The position numbers and the translations under genes are program-made. DNA of 64,000 nucleotides from Myxococcales bacterium (lineage in GTDB: Bacteria; Myxococcota_A; UBA9042): assembly GCA_009692465.1 (NCBI GenBank), contig SHZD01000005.1, positions 689 through 64,688 of the forward strand. Reading direction: 5' to 3'. Position 1 is the first letter of the stretch. Every line of letters starts with the position of its first letter. The notes below the pieces were generated by a model. That model saw nothing but the letters and a program-made list of their open reading frames with translations, made no database searches and was not told where the DNA came from. This document shows, piece after piece, positions 18,925-27,762 of the stretch.

Positions 18925-19040
18925 ACGGCTCGCACGGATCTTGGTAACTGGCTGAGTCCGTTCTGGGCCAGCCTGATCCGTTCTGGGCCAGCCTGATCCG
19001 TTCTGGGCCAGCCTGATCCGTTCTGGGCCAGCCTGATCCG
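18903..19040. repeat. 23-bp duplication spanning the stop codon (ggctcgcacggatcttggtaa x2), then a 20-bp tandem repeat x4 (tccgttctgggccagcctga)
   Basis: Read directly. Immediately 3' of the His-rich gene. Confidence 0.9.
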
Positions 19041-19219
19041 TTCACGCACAGCTTGCCTGTTCAGGGACAACCTGAGTCGGCGTATCCGTTCCACTTGTGG
19101 AATCGGCAGGGTAGTTTTTTCGCCGAAACGCCCAAACCAAGCACCGAACCGTCAAGCGGCGGATCGGTACTCGGTTGGCCTATCCCTGCGCCAGTCTTGC
19201 GTGGCCCCGTTCACGATCG

Positions 19220-19915
19220 TCAGTCGCGCCAACACTTCATGGTAAACAGCGTGTACGGGATCCGGTAGCCGTCATGGCGCAGCGTGGTCTCGATGCGGGC
19301 AAACCGCCGGCGCGCTAGGGTCAGGTATTGCTCGGGCGTGCGGACATGCCGCCCCCGATCGCGGCCAATGATCCAGCGGGCCAGCCGCGACTGTTCTGGA
19401 ACCGAAGCATTGTCGTAGGTCAGCAAAAAGCCACCAGGTTTGCATTGCTGCCACGCGGTATCGACCAACTGCTCGGCCTGGGCATCGTCCAAGTGGTGCA
19501 AGATCGCGTTGGCCATCACCGCATCGCAGCCGGCAGTGGCAACCGGGGTGGCGTCGACGTGGCGGGCAAAAAACTGGGCGCGGTGGCCAAAAGTGGCCTG
19601 AGCGTGAGCGATGTAGCGGGGGTTCATGTCAAAGCCAACGTAGCGCACCCCGACTGGCAAGAAGGGCAGCATGGTACCCGGCCCACATCCGATATCGAGA
19701 ATCGTCATATCCGCGCGGGGTTGTAACAGGGTGTCGATGTACCAGCGGCGATAAGCGTCGCCACCAATCAAGGTCTGAAAGGCGTCATACGCTTGCGGCA
19801 ACGTCAACAGACGGCGCAGGCCACTGTCGTCATGGGCGACGTGCGAACTGGCGGCGGTATCCGGTGGGGGCATGGTTCCTCGGTGTTCGCGCAGACACCT
19901 GAGCAGCGTAGCCAA
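19220..19915 (-). CDS. class I SAM-dependent methyltransferase
   Basis: Motif I ILDIGCGPG and post-I acidic residue pattern. The start may be the internal Met near 19873. Confidence 0.7.
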   Translation of the reverse strand: MATLLRCLREHRGTMPPPDTAASSHVAHDDSGLRRLLTLPQAYDAFQTLIGGDAYRRWYIDTLLQPRADMTILDIGCGPGTMLPFLPVGVRYVGFDMNPRYIAHAQATFGHRAQFFARHVDATPVATAGCDAVMANAILHHLDDAQAEQLVDTAWQQCKPGGFLLTYDNASVPEQSRLARWIIGRDRGRHVRTPEQYLTLARRRFARIETTLRHDGYRIPYTLFTMKCWRD

Positions 19916-20045
19916 ATCACGGCCAATGGACTAGGACCGACCTTGCCGTGGGCGCCCACAATCAGGACGCGCAGCGGACCTTGTGGTCGCGCCCCGTCCG
20001 CCGCTATGCTTGTCGGCCTGCCACCCACTGGCTGGTCCGTACGCG

Positions 20046-20813
20046 ATGAAAGCAGTGATTTTAGCAGGAGGATTGGGCACGCGCCTCAGTGAGGAGACCG
20101 CCCACGCCCCCAAGCCGCTGGTTGAGATCGGCGGCCGCCCGATTCTGTGGCATATCTGTAAGATTTATGCGGCGCACGGCATCACCGAGTTTGTGGTGTG
20201 TTTGGGCTATAAAGGCTATCTTATCAAGGAGTTTTTTGCCAACTATTTCTTGCACACCGCCGACGTGACTTTCGATTTGGCCACCAATAGCGTGCATATT
20301 CATCAGGCCATGGCCGAGCCGTGGAAGGTGACGCTGGTGGATACGGGCGCCGAAACGATGACCGGTGGCCGGCTCAAGCGCGTAGCTAAGTATCTGGGCG
20401 ACGAGACTTTTTGTATGACCTATGGCGACGGCGTGGCCGATATCGACATCACCAAGCTGGTACAGTTTCATCATGCCAAGGGCAAACTGGCGACGTTGAC
20501 GGCGGTGCAGCCACCGGGACGGTTTGGCGCGTTGGTGATTGCCGACGGCGACGTCTCGCGTTTTGTCGAAAAGCCGCGCGGCGACGACAGCTGGATCAAC
20601 GGCGGCTTTTTCGTGTTGTCGCCCAAAGTACTCGACTACATTGCCGGCGATAGCGCCAGCTGGGAAGAGGAACCGCTGCGCAATTTGGCCCGCGACGCTG
20701 CCCTGTGCGCCTACCACCACCACGGCTTTTGGCAGCCGATGGATACCTTGCGCGACAAGCGGCATCTGGAGACCCTGTGGGCCGGCGGCGCGCCCCCGTG
20801 GAAAGTGTGGTAA
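20046..20813 (+). CDS. rfbF: glucose-1-phosphate cytidylyltransferase
   Basis: [18 protein letters not shown]...[16 protein letters not shown]...[16 protein letters not shown] is the diagnostic N-terminus of RfbF/DdhA. The track start at 19983 is an over-extension. Confidence 0.9.
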   Translation: MKAVILAGGLGTRLSEETAHAPKPLVEIGGRPILWHICKIYAAHGITEFVVCLGYKGYLIKEFFANYFLHTADVTFDLATNSVHIHQAMAEPWKVTLVDTGAETMTGGRLKRVAKYLGDETFCMTYGDGVADIDITKLVQFHHAKGKLATLTAVQPPGRFGALVIADGDVSRFVEKPRGDDSWINGGFFVLSPKVLDYIAGDSASWEEEPLRNLARDAALCAYHHHGFWQPMDTLRDKRHLETLWAGGAPPWKVW

Positions 20814-20816
20814 ATC

Positions 20817-21884
20817 ATGGGGCCCGACCCGCAGTTTTGGAATGGCCGCAAGGTGTTGGTCACTGGGCACACCGGCTTTAAGGGCGGTTGGCTGGCGCTG
20901 TGGCTGCGCCAAATGGGTGCCGAAGTGAGCGGACTGGCGTTGGCGCCGCCGACTCAACCGAATCTGTTTGATCTAGCGGCGATCCGCGGCGATCTCGACC
21001 ACCGAATCGGCGACATCGGCGATCCAGCCGCGGTCAGCGCCGCTTTTGCTGCCGCCCAGCCGCAAATTGTCTTTCATTTGGCCGCTCAGGCCTTGGTCCG
21101 ACCGTCCTATTCGCAGCCGGTGGCCACCTTTGCCACCAATGTCATGGGCACCGTTCAGGTGCTGGAGGCCGCGCGTACCTGTGCCAGCGTTGCCGCCATC
21201 GTCGTCGTAACAAGTGATAAATGCTATGAAAACCGCGAGTGGCTGTGGGGCTACCGCGAAGACGAGCCGCTGGGCGGCCGCGATCCCTACAGTGCCAGCA
21301 AGGGCTGTGCGGAAATCGTCACCGCGGCCTATCGGCAGAGTTTTTTTGCCAATGGCCCGTGGTTGGCCAGCGCCCGAGCTGGCAATGTATTTGGCGGTGG
21401 AGATTGGGCGGCCGATCGCCTGATTCCAGATATCATGCAGGCATTTAGTGCGGGCCGACCGGCGCCAATTCGCCGGCCGCTCGCGGTGCGGCCGTGGCAG
21501 CATGTGCTGGAACCGCTCGCCGGCTATCTGACGCTGGCCGAACATCTGGTGCTCCAGGGGTCAGCGTTTGCGCAGGCTTTCAACTTTGGCCCGCCGCCAG
21601 ACAGTGAGCTACCCGTACTGGCAGTGGCGCAGATGCTGCAAAATGTATGGCCGGACGCGCAGTTGGATGTGGCGCACACGCCGCAGGGTCCGCACGAAGC
21701 GGGCCTACTGCGACTAGACGCCAGCAAGGCCAGGGCGCTGCTGCAGTGGCGGCCGCGGCTGGGTCTGGCCGAGGCGCTGGAGTGGACTGCGCAGTGGTAT
21801 CGGCAATTTTCAAGCGATCCTGCACAGATGCGTGAACTAACGCTAAGCCAAATCCGGCGCTACATCGCCATAGGGCGCGGGTAG
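20817..21884 (+). CDS. rfbG: CDP-glucose 4,6-dehydratase
   Basis: FWNGRKVLVTGHTGFKGGWLALWL N-terminus and an SDR YxxxK region (YSASKGCAE). Confidence 0.9.
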   Translation: MGPDPQFWNGRKVLVTGHTGFKGGWLALWLRQMGAEVSGLALAPPTQPNLFDLAAIRGDLDHRIGDIGDPAAVSAAFAAAQPQIVFHLAAQALVRPSYSQPVATFATNVMGTVQVLEAARTCASVAAIVVVTSDKCYENREWLWGYREDEPLGGRDPYSASKGCAEIVTAAYRQSFFANGPWLASARAGNVFGGGDWAADRLIPDIMQAFSAGRPAPIRRPLAVRPWQHVLEPLAGYLTLAEHLVLQGSAFAQAFNFGPPPDSELPVLAVAQMLQNVWPDAQLDVAHTPQGPHEAGLLRLDASKARALLQWRPRLGLAEALEWTAQWYRQFSSDPAQMRELTLSQIRRYIAIGRG

Positions 21885-21888
21885 CGGC

Positions 21889-22815
21889 ATGATCGTGCTT
21901 GTCACCGGCGCCAGTGGTTTTGTCGGCACGGCCGTGGTGCGGGCACTCAGCCAGCGCGGCGATCAGGTGGTGTGCCCATTGCGGCGGCAGGTGCCCGAGC
22001 TGCAAAGCCTGCGGCTGGTGACGTGCATGACCGTCGACTGTCTCGACCCCGTGGCCTTGCGCCAAGCGGTACACGCAACCAAACCCAAAATTGTCATTCA
22101 CTTGGCGGCGTCCGGCGTCCGGCCATCGGAGCGCGATCCAGTGGCGCTGGCCCAAGGCAACGTCGGCACGCTGGCGGCGCTGCTGCAGGCGGCGCAAGAC
22201 TGGCCGCTCACGCGGTTGGTGCACATCGGCAGCGTCGCCGAGTTGGGCGATCCAGGCGCCTTGCCGTGCAATGAAGATACTCCGTTGGCGCCGATTTCGG
22301 CCTACGGTGGGGCCAAGGCGGCGGCGACTACTTTTGGCGGCGGGGTGGCGGCGGCTCTGGGTCTGCCGTTCGTGGTGCTGCGGTTGTTTGGCACCTTCGG
22401 AATCGGCGAGGCTCCGGCGCGCTTGCTGCCGCATTTGTGTCGGCATCTGCTCCGCGGTCAGCCGGTACCGTTGACTTCAGGTGAGCAAATCCGCGATTTT
22501 ACGTGGATCGACGATGTGGTAGCCGCAATCTTGCGCGGCGCCGACGCGGCCTTGCCAGCCGGCTCTCTGTACCACGTCTGTAGCGGCCGCGGGCACAGCG
22601 TGCGCCAAGTAGGTGAGCGCATGGCGCAATTGCTCGGCGCCTCGCCCGATCTGCTGCAGTGGGGCGCCGAGCCGCAGCGCAGCGACGAACCGGCGGTCCT
22701 CATTGGCGATCCGCGGCGGTTTCTAGCGGCGACGGGCTGGCGGGCCACCACGAGTTTGGACGCGGCGATTGAACAGATGGCTGCGCATATGCGGGGGGCC
22801 AATGGCCGAGTTTGA
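21889..22815 (+). CDS. NAD-dependent epimerase/dehydratase family protein (probable CDP-sugar reductase/epimerase)
   Basis: MIVLVTGASGFVGTAVVRAL Rossmann motif and YGGAKAA catalytic region. Position in the rfbFG cluster. Confidence 0.8.
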   Translation: MIVLVTGASGFVGTAVVRALSQRGDQVVCPLRRQVPELQSLRLVTCMTVDCLDPVALRQAVHATKPKIVIHLAASGVRPSERDPVALAQGNVGTLAALLQAAQDWPLTRLVHIGSVAELGDPGALPCNEDTPLAPISAYGGAKAAATTFGGGVAAALGLPFVVLRLFGTFGIGEAPARLLPHLCRHLLRGQPVPLTSGEQIRDFTWIDDVVAAILRGADAALPAGSLYHVCSGRGHSVRQVGERMAQLLGASPDLLQWGAEPQRSDEPAVLIGDPRRFLAATGWRATTSLDAAIEQMAAHMRGANGRV

Positions 22816-23461
22816 CCGCTTTGCCGGCGATTACCGCAGCGTGCTCGACGGCGCCGTCGGCTCGGCACACTACTACGCCCGCGCCAAGGCATTGGCGGCG
22901 GTCACCCAACTCGGCGCCGATTTCGCCGGCAAGGTGCTCGATTATGGCTGCGGAGTGGGGCTGCTGGCGGCGGCATTGCTCGAATTGGTGCCCCGCGTGC
23001 AACTGACCGGCTTTGATGTCTCGGCGCCGTGCTTGCACAGCATTGGCGAGCCCTTGCGCAGCGCGGCAACTTGGAGTTCCGAGCCGACACAGCTGGCAGA
23101 CTGCTATGATTTGATTATAATTTCCAACGTGTTGCACCATGTGGTGCCGGCCGATCGCGACATGGTGCTGGGTGAGTTGGCCAACCGACTGAAGCCGGGC
23201 GGCAAGCTCTTGGTTTTTGAGCACAATCCGCTCAATCCACTGACGCGCTGGGTCGTGGCGCATTGCGCGTTCGACGACGACGCCGTGTTACTGTGGCCGC
23301 GCGAAACGCAAGCGCGGTTGCGCACAGCCGGCCTACACAGCCAAGGCTGCGACTATCTTGCATTCTTTCCCCAAAGATTGGCGCGCTTACAGCCGACGGA
23401 GCGCCATTTGGCCGGTTTGCCTCTGGGCGCGCAGTACATGGCAGTGGGGCACAAACCATGA
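22802..23461 (+). CDS. class I SAM-dependent methyltransferase
   Basis: VLDYGCGVGLL motif I ... LKPGGKLLVFEH. Overlaps the upstream gene by about 14 bp. The track start at 22769 is alternative. Confidence 0.75.
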   Translation: MAEFDRFAGDYRSVLDGAVGSAHYYARAKALAAVTQLGADFAGKVLDYGCGVGLLAAALLELVPRVQLTGFDVSAPCLHSIGEPLRSAATWSSEPTQLADCYDLIIISNVLHHVVPADRDMVLGELANRLKPGGKLLVFEHNPLNPLTRWVVAHCAFDDDAVLLWPRETQARLRTAGLHSQGCDYLAFFPQRLARLQPTERHLAGLPLGAQYMAVGHKP

Positions 23462-24414
23462 GCCGACAACTGCTGACAATTCTGGTGCCCGTCTACAATG
23501 AAGGGCTTAATATTGAACCGCTTTTTCAGGCGCTAGCGCCGGTCCTGACCGAGTTGGAGCACCAATTCGATGTGGAACTGCTGTTTACCGACAACCACAG
23601 TGAAGACAACACGTTTGCCCAGTTGCGCGCCATTGGCGAGCGCGATCCACGGGTCCGGGTGTTGCGGTTTTCGCGCAACTTTGGCTTTCAGCGCTCGATT
23701 TTGACCGGCTATCTGCACGCCCGCGGCGACGCCGCCATCCAAATCGACTGCGACTTGCAGGATCCGCCGGCGTTGATCGTGCAGTTTGTCCAGCACTGGC
23801 AAGCCGGCTACAAGGTGGTGTACGGGGTACGCAAGGGCCGCAAAGAGGGATTTTTCATCACCTTTGCCCGCAAGGTCTTCTATCGGCTGATCGATCGCCT
23901 CAGCGACACGCGCTTGCCATTAGATGCGGGCGATTTTCGGCTGGTTGACCGCGTCGTGCTGCAAGAACTGGGCAAGATGGAGGATTTTCACCCCTATTTG
24001 CGTGGCGCGATTGCGGCGATGGGGTTTGCTCAAATTGGCATCGCCTACGACCGGGCCGAGCGGCTTCGGGGTGAAAGTAAGTTTAATTTCGGCAAACTCG
24101 TCGCTCTGGCCGTCGACGGCATTCTCAACCACAGCGTGGTCCCGCTGCGGTTGGCGACCTACACAGGGCTAGTGGTGTCGGTGCTCACCTTCATCGGCCT
24201 AGTGACCTACACGGCGGCGCGGTTGCTCTTTGGCCAAACTTGGCCGGCCGGCTTTGCCACCCTGACGGTGTTGATCTTGTTGTCGCTGAGCCTGAACGCG
24301 CTGTTTTTGGGGGTGATCGGCGAGTATTTGGGCCGCATCTACCAGCAAGTCAAGAAGCGCCCGATTGCGATTATTGAAGATCGGGTCAACGACTCGCCGC
24401 GCTCAGTTTCCTAA
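23458..24414 (+). CDS. GT2 polyprenyl-phosphate sugar transferase (GtrB/ArnC/DPM1-like) with 2 C-terminal TM helices
   Basis: LTILVPVYNEGLNIEPL ... TDNHSEDNT ... IQIDCDLQDPP (DxD) ... C-terminal hydrophobic helices. ATGA overlap with the upstream MTase. The track ORF from 23263 is an over-extension. Confidence 0.85.
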   Translation: MSRQLLTILVPVYNEGLNIEPLFQALAPVLTELEHQFDVELLFTDNHSEDNTFAQLRAIGERDPRVRVLRFSRNFGFQRSILTGYLHARGDAAIQIDCDLQDPPALIVQFVQHWQAGYKVVYGVRKGRKEGFFITFARKVFYRLIDRLSDTRLPLDAGDFRLVDRVVLQELGKMEDFHPYLRGAIAAMGFAQIGIAYDRAERLRGESKFNFGKLVALAVDGILNHSVVPLRLATYTGLVVSVLTFIGLVTYTAARLLFGQTWPAGFATLTVLILLSLSLNALFLGVIGEYLGRIYQQVKKRPIAIIEDRVNDSPRSVS

Positions 24415-24556
24415 GGAACTGTCCTGAAATAACTCGATCGATCTGGGCAACACAGGAGCGGCGAGTCGGCCTTTGGGGACGCGAGCTTAGCGACTAACAA
24501 AGCAAGCAAACGGAACCAGTCCAAGAATGACTTATTCTGGGACAGTTCCTAAAGGC
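24413..24556. mobile_element. MITE-like dispersed repeat family 1, copy 1, with about 20-bp imperfect terminal inverted repeats (cctaaggaactgtcc / ggacagttcctaaagg)
   Basis: A 111-bp core is about 95% identical to 31166-31276. The TIRs overlap the GT2 stop codon on the left and encode the last residues of the lipB ORF on the right. No ORF inside. Confidence 0.6.
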
Positions 24557-25356
24557 GCTGGCAGCCGCCGCAACCGCGCAGTGAGGCGGGCCGCCAAATC
24601 CAAGGCGACCTCGGCGACGATCGGCACTTGGATCCCACGCTCATGCAATTGCTCAGCTATAGAGGTCAGCCGCACTCCGGCTAGGCCGCACGGCCGCATT
24701 AAGCCAAACAGAGCCAAATTGGGGTCAACATTGAGCGCGAGGCCGTGAAAACTCCAGCCGCGACGCACACCTACGCCGATACTAGCAATCTTGAGGTGGT
24801 CAGCCACCCACACGCCGGTAAAGCCCGAGCGCTGGCGGGCGTGCACCCCAAAGTGCAGGCAACAGGCGATGATCTCTTCTTCTAACGCGCGCACATAAGC
24901 CGGCAGATCGCCCATTGAACCGCGACCGATTGGCGGCGCCAACTGCGCCAACTGCACCACCGGATAGGCCACCAACTGACCGGGGGCGTGCATCGTCACG
25001 TCGCCGCCGCGGGCCACTTGATGCACAGCGATCTGGACCGGCTGTCCGTCGGCGCCGACGAACTGGGTGGCCAACAGATTGGCCAGGCCACCGCGACGGC
25101 CAAGCGTCACAACAGGTGGATGTTCCAGCAGAAAAAGCACATCGCGGGCGGTCGGCGGCCGCTCGACGAGCGCCTCCATCGTTGCCACCGCCAGTCCATA
25201 GTCGACCAACTCTGCCGAGCGTGCCTCAGGGTCGGCAAACTCGCCAGAGGCCACCAGCGCCACGACGGCCAGTGAGTCCGGCCCGCAATCGGCCGCCGCA
25301 TCCGGCAGTTGGCCACGGCCAATGGCGCGCACCACCTCATCGGCTGACGCCACCAC
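24532..25356 (-). CDS. lipB: lipoyl(octanoyl) transferase
   Basis: LLEHPPVVTLGRRG ... VHQVARGGDVTMHAPGQLVAYPVV ... FTGVWV...KIASIGVGVRRGWSFHGLALNV ... LMRPCGL are canonical LipB motifs. The true start is probably internal (region 25180-25270), since the ORF-level product is 274 aa. Confidence 0.8.
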   Translation of the reverse strand: MVASADEVVRAIGRGQLPDAAADCGPDSLAVVALVASGEFADPEARSAELVDYGLAVATMEALVERPPTARDVLFLLEHPPVVTLGRRGGLANLLATQFVGADGQPVQIAVHQVARGGDVTMHAPGQLVAYPVVQLAQLAPPIGRGSMGDLPAYVRALEEEIIACCLHFGVHARQRSGFTGVWVADHLKIASIGVGVRRGWSFHGLALNVDPNLALFGLMRPCGLAGVRLTSIAEQLHERGIQVPIVAEVALDLAARLTARLRRLPAPLGTVPE

Positions 25357-25361
25357 CGCCG

Positions 25362-26774
25362 CTACGACAGCTCGCGCGAAGCGATCAAGGCCTGCATTTC
25401 TTCCAGAGTCGTCATCGGTAGCAGTCCGGTCGCAGCATAAGGTCGCTTGTTTGGGCCAGTCGGGCCCGCACGCGTGCCCGTTGCCGCATGACGATTGGTC
25501 GACGGCCCTTCGGTGCGGCCCACCAGATGAAGGACCCGTGGCATCACGCGCTGGCGCACGCTGGCCACTTGGCGCCCTCGGTAATCTGCGTAGCTGGCAC
25601 GCCCCTCTGTGGCCGCCTGATACGACGCGATATCCATGACTTGCACTTCGTACGGAAAGAAAAACTCGATTTGGGGTGCCACCCCTAGCGTCGACAAGAC
25701 TTCGAGCATTTCTTGCAAAGCGGCGCCTTGCAGGTGCTCGCGCGCCACCACTTGCGCTTGGGTAAGGCGCGCAAACAACGGATTTTCAAAGCGAATCATC
25801 TGACGACAGGTAAACTGAATCGACCGGTACTTGTCGCTAGAGTACGGATTCCAGTCGGTTTGGTCGGCGTTTTCATCGGGTTTTTGCACAAAATCGTGGA
25901 TCGCGCGCACGCATTCCAGTTCGTCGCAGTGCCCAGAGGTATAGCGCAACAGGCATTCGCGGACATGGGCGTCGTAGGCTTCCAAGTCCAGCAAAGTATT
26001 GCGTGACCGCGTGGGCTTGATATTGGGATACATGATCGTGTGTTCTTCGCGCAGCGCCCGTACCGCGAACAAGGCATCCACCGGCGTCTGCACGATAATG
26101 CGCACGCCGATGTGGTCAAACATGTCGTAAGCGACATTTTCTTGTTTTTGCAAGAGCTTAATGACCATCGATCGCAGCGGCTTGGCTTCTTTGACTTCAA
26201 AGCGCACCAGTGGCACTTCAAAGCTTTTGGCGTGCAAGATCTGCGAACCATTAGGCTGGGTGCGGACTTGCGCGATAAAGCGATCGAGAATCCGCGCGCG
26301 GATTTCACGGTAGTAGTTGGTCTGAAAGTAGTTGCCGGCGTGGGCCGTGGTATGCATGACCCGCAAGATCGCGCAGGCCCAGGCCATTTTGAGCTCAAAC
26401 TCGCGGGCCTCCCTGCTGTTGGCCACGGCGGTCGGCCTGCCATCGCCGGCCGCTAGGCACAGCAAGTGCAAGATCGGCATGGTGTCGAAAAACGCTGGCA
26501 GTTCCAAGCCATCCAGACCGGGCAACAAGACGCCGCGGATAAAGCCCAAAGCTTCGACGCGGATTTCCTCTACATCGCGGGCATGAGCGGGCTCGTGCAG
26601 GTCGTAGCCATAGCGCGCCAAAAAGCCGTAGGCCTCGTCAACCCCGGCACCTGCCATGCGCAAATGCGACAAATCGATGGCAGAACGGCCGCCGATAATC
26701 GTGTGCATCGTTTCCCACGAAAACACGTAGCGCTGCAACAGAGGCGGCAGTGGTCCTTGGCGGGGCAACGTCAC
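25362..26774 (-). CDS. hypothetical protein (470 aa); weak resemblance to a RelA/SpoT-like nucleotidyltransferase core
   Basis: Long ORF with protein-like composition, abutting lipB (6 bp gap at ORF level). The segment AKSFE...KLLQK...DHIGVRIIVQTPVDALFAVRAL...YRSIQFTCRQ loosely resembles the synthetase-domain motifs; this is not a confident call. Confidence 0.45.
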   Translation of the reverse strand: MTLPRQGPLPPLLQRYVFSWETMHTIIGGRSAIDLSHLRMAGAGVDEAYGFLARYGYDLHEPAHARDVEEIRVEALGFIRGVLLPGLDGLELPAFFDTMPILHLLCLAAGDGRPTAVANSREAREFELKMAWACAILRVMHTTAHAGNYFQTNYYREIRARILDRFIAQVRTQPNGSQILHAKSFEVPLVRFEVKEAKPLRSMVIKLLQKQENVAYDMFDHIGVRIIVQTPVDALFAVRALREEHTIMYPNIKPTRSRNTLLDLEAYDAHVRECLLRYTSGHCDELECVRAIHDFVQKPDENADQTDWNPYSSDKYRSIQFTCRQMIRFENPLFARLTQAQVVAREHLQGAALQEMLEVLSTLGVAPQIEFFFPYEVQVMDIASYQAATEGRASYADYRGRQVASVRQRVMPRVLHLVGRTEGPSTNRHAATGTRAGPTGPNKRPYAATGLLPMTTLEEMQALIASRELS

Positions 26775-27045
26775 GGCGGGCGATCAACCTAAAGGGGCGC
26801 TAGTTTGGCGCGGCAGCATTTTGGGCATGGGCGGTCGACTTGGCAAGGGCAAATTGCGACCAGAGCCGCAAATGAAGGTCCAAGCCGAGCCGGCAGGGCC
26901 GACATGGTTTCGAGGGCGGGCAGCAATGACCGAATCGATCAAGGCTACAAATGGAGCGACGAGTCGGCTTGCAAAGCCGGCAGGCTGCGACCCATCGCGC
27001 CGACAATGGGCTCAGGGACGAAATCGCCGTGATTTTGGACTGCCC

Positions 27046-27762
27046 TCAGCTACCGCCGATCCACCACAGCCACAGCAGACCGCCGAGCAAGGTCAGCCAA
27101 GCTGTGCGCCGCATCGCCAACGCCGACAAACTATCGCCGCTTTCCGCGGTGCTGTGCCGACGCTGACTAACACCTGCTACTGCCGACCACGCGACCAACG
27201 CGGTGACCAGTCGAGCCGTGCGTTGCCATTCCACCGCCGCCAGACCCGGGTCGGTACTGACGGCAAACCAAGCCACAGCGAGCCACAGCCCGGCGAGCAC
27301 AACCAGCCAACGATCACGGTTGAACTGGGGCCAGCGCAGCATGTTGCGCAAGAGGCCCGGCGGCGAGTTCTGGACGCTAGCGGCGTCGATGGCGGCGGCC
27401 AGCGTCAGCGCCACCACGACGCCCGCCAGCGGTCGCGACGCCGGCCCTTGCCACAGCGGTGGGCAGGCGACGACAGGCAGCGCGCAACCGACTAGACCCG
27501 CCAGCAAGGTGTGCCACGGTTGGCCACTGGGGACACTCAACAGGGCGCCAACGGGCCCGGCGAGGAGCAACGCCTGCACCACCGGCCGCGCTAGACCGTG
27601 GGCTGGCCACAAGTGCACGGTTGGCAGCACCACCATAAACAGCCAAGTCAGCGCCAGCCACAGCAGCAGCCAAGCCTGCGCGGCGTAGCTGCGGCCCATC
27701 GCGGTCAACTGCTTGTGCGCACGCCTGCGCCACGGCACCATAGCAGCGATGGTAGCACGCAA
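27046..27762 (-). CDS. polytopic membrane protein of unknown function
   Basis: Trp/Leu-rich hydrophobic segments (about 6 TM). The start is ambiguous (M1, M8 or M22), because the ORF start overlaps the divergent OMP gene. Confidence 0.4.
   Translation of the reverse strand: MRATIAAMVPWRRRAHKQLTAMGRSYAAQAWLLLWLALTWLFMVVLPTVHLWPAHGLARPVVQALLLAGPVGALLSVPSGQPWHTLLAGLVGCALPVVACPPLWQGPASRPLAGVVVALTLAAAIDAASVQNSPPGLLRNMLRWPQFNRDRWLVVLAGLWLAVAWFAVSTDPGLAAVEWQRTARLVTALVAWSAVAGVSQRRHSTAESGDSLSALAMRRTAWLTLLGGLLWLWWIGGS

Noticed and set aside
18130-19110. Possibility that the repeat island is a CRISPR array
   Set aside because: The units are contiguous perfect tandem repeats with no unique spacers. Unit sizes (9-23 bp) and organisation do not fit CRISPR. 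No cas genes nearby.
19053-19268. 71-aa plus-strand ORF after the repeat island
   Set aside because: Short, no RBS or motif support, and overlaps the 3' end region of the convergent methyltransferase.
20061-20957. Minus-strand 298-aa ORF
   Set aside because: Antisense to rfbF and rfbG, which have diagnostic motifs.
21580-22446. Minus-strand 288-aa ORF
   Set aside because: Antisense to rfbG and the epimerase.
26821-27495. Plus-strand 224-aa Arg-rich ORF
   Set aside because: Overlaps the more plausible minus-strand membrane protein. Composition is typical of an antisense GC frame.
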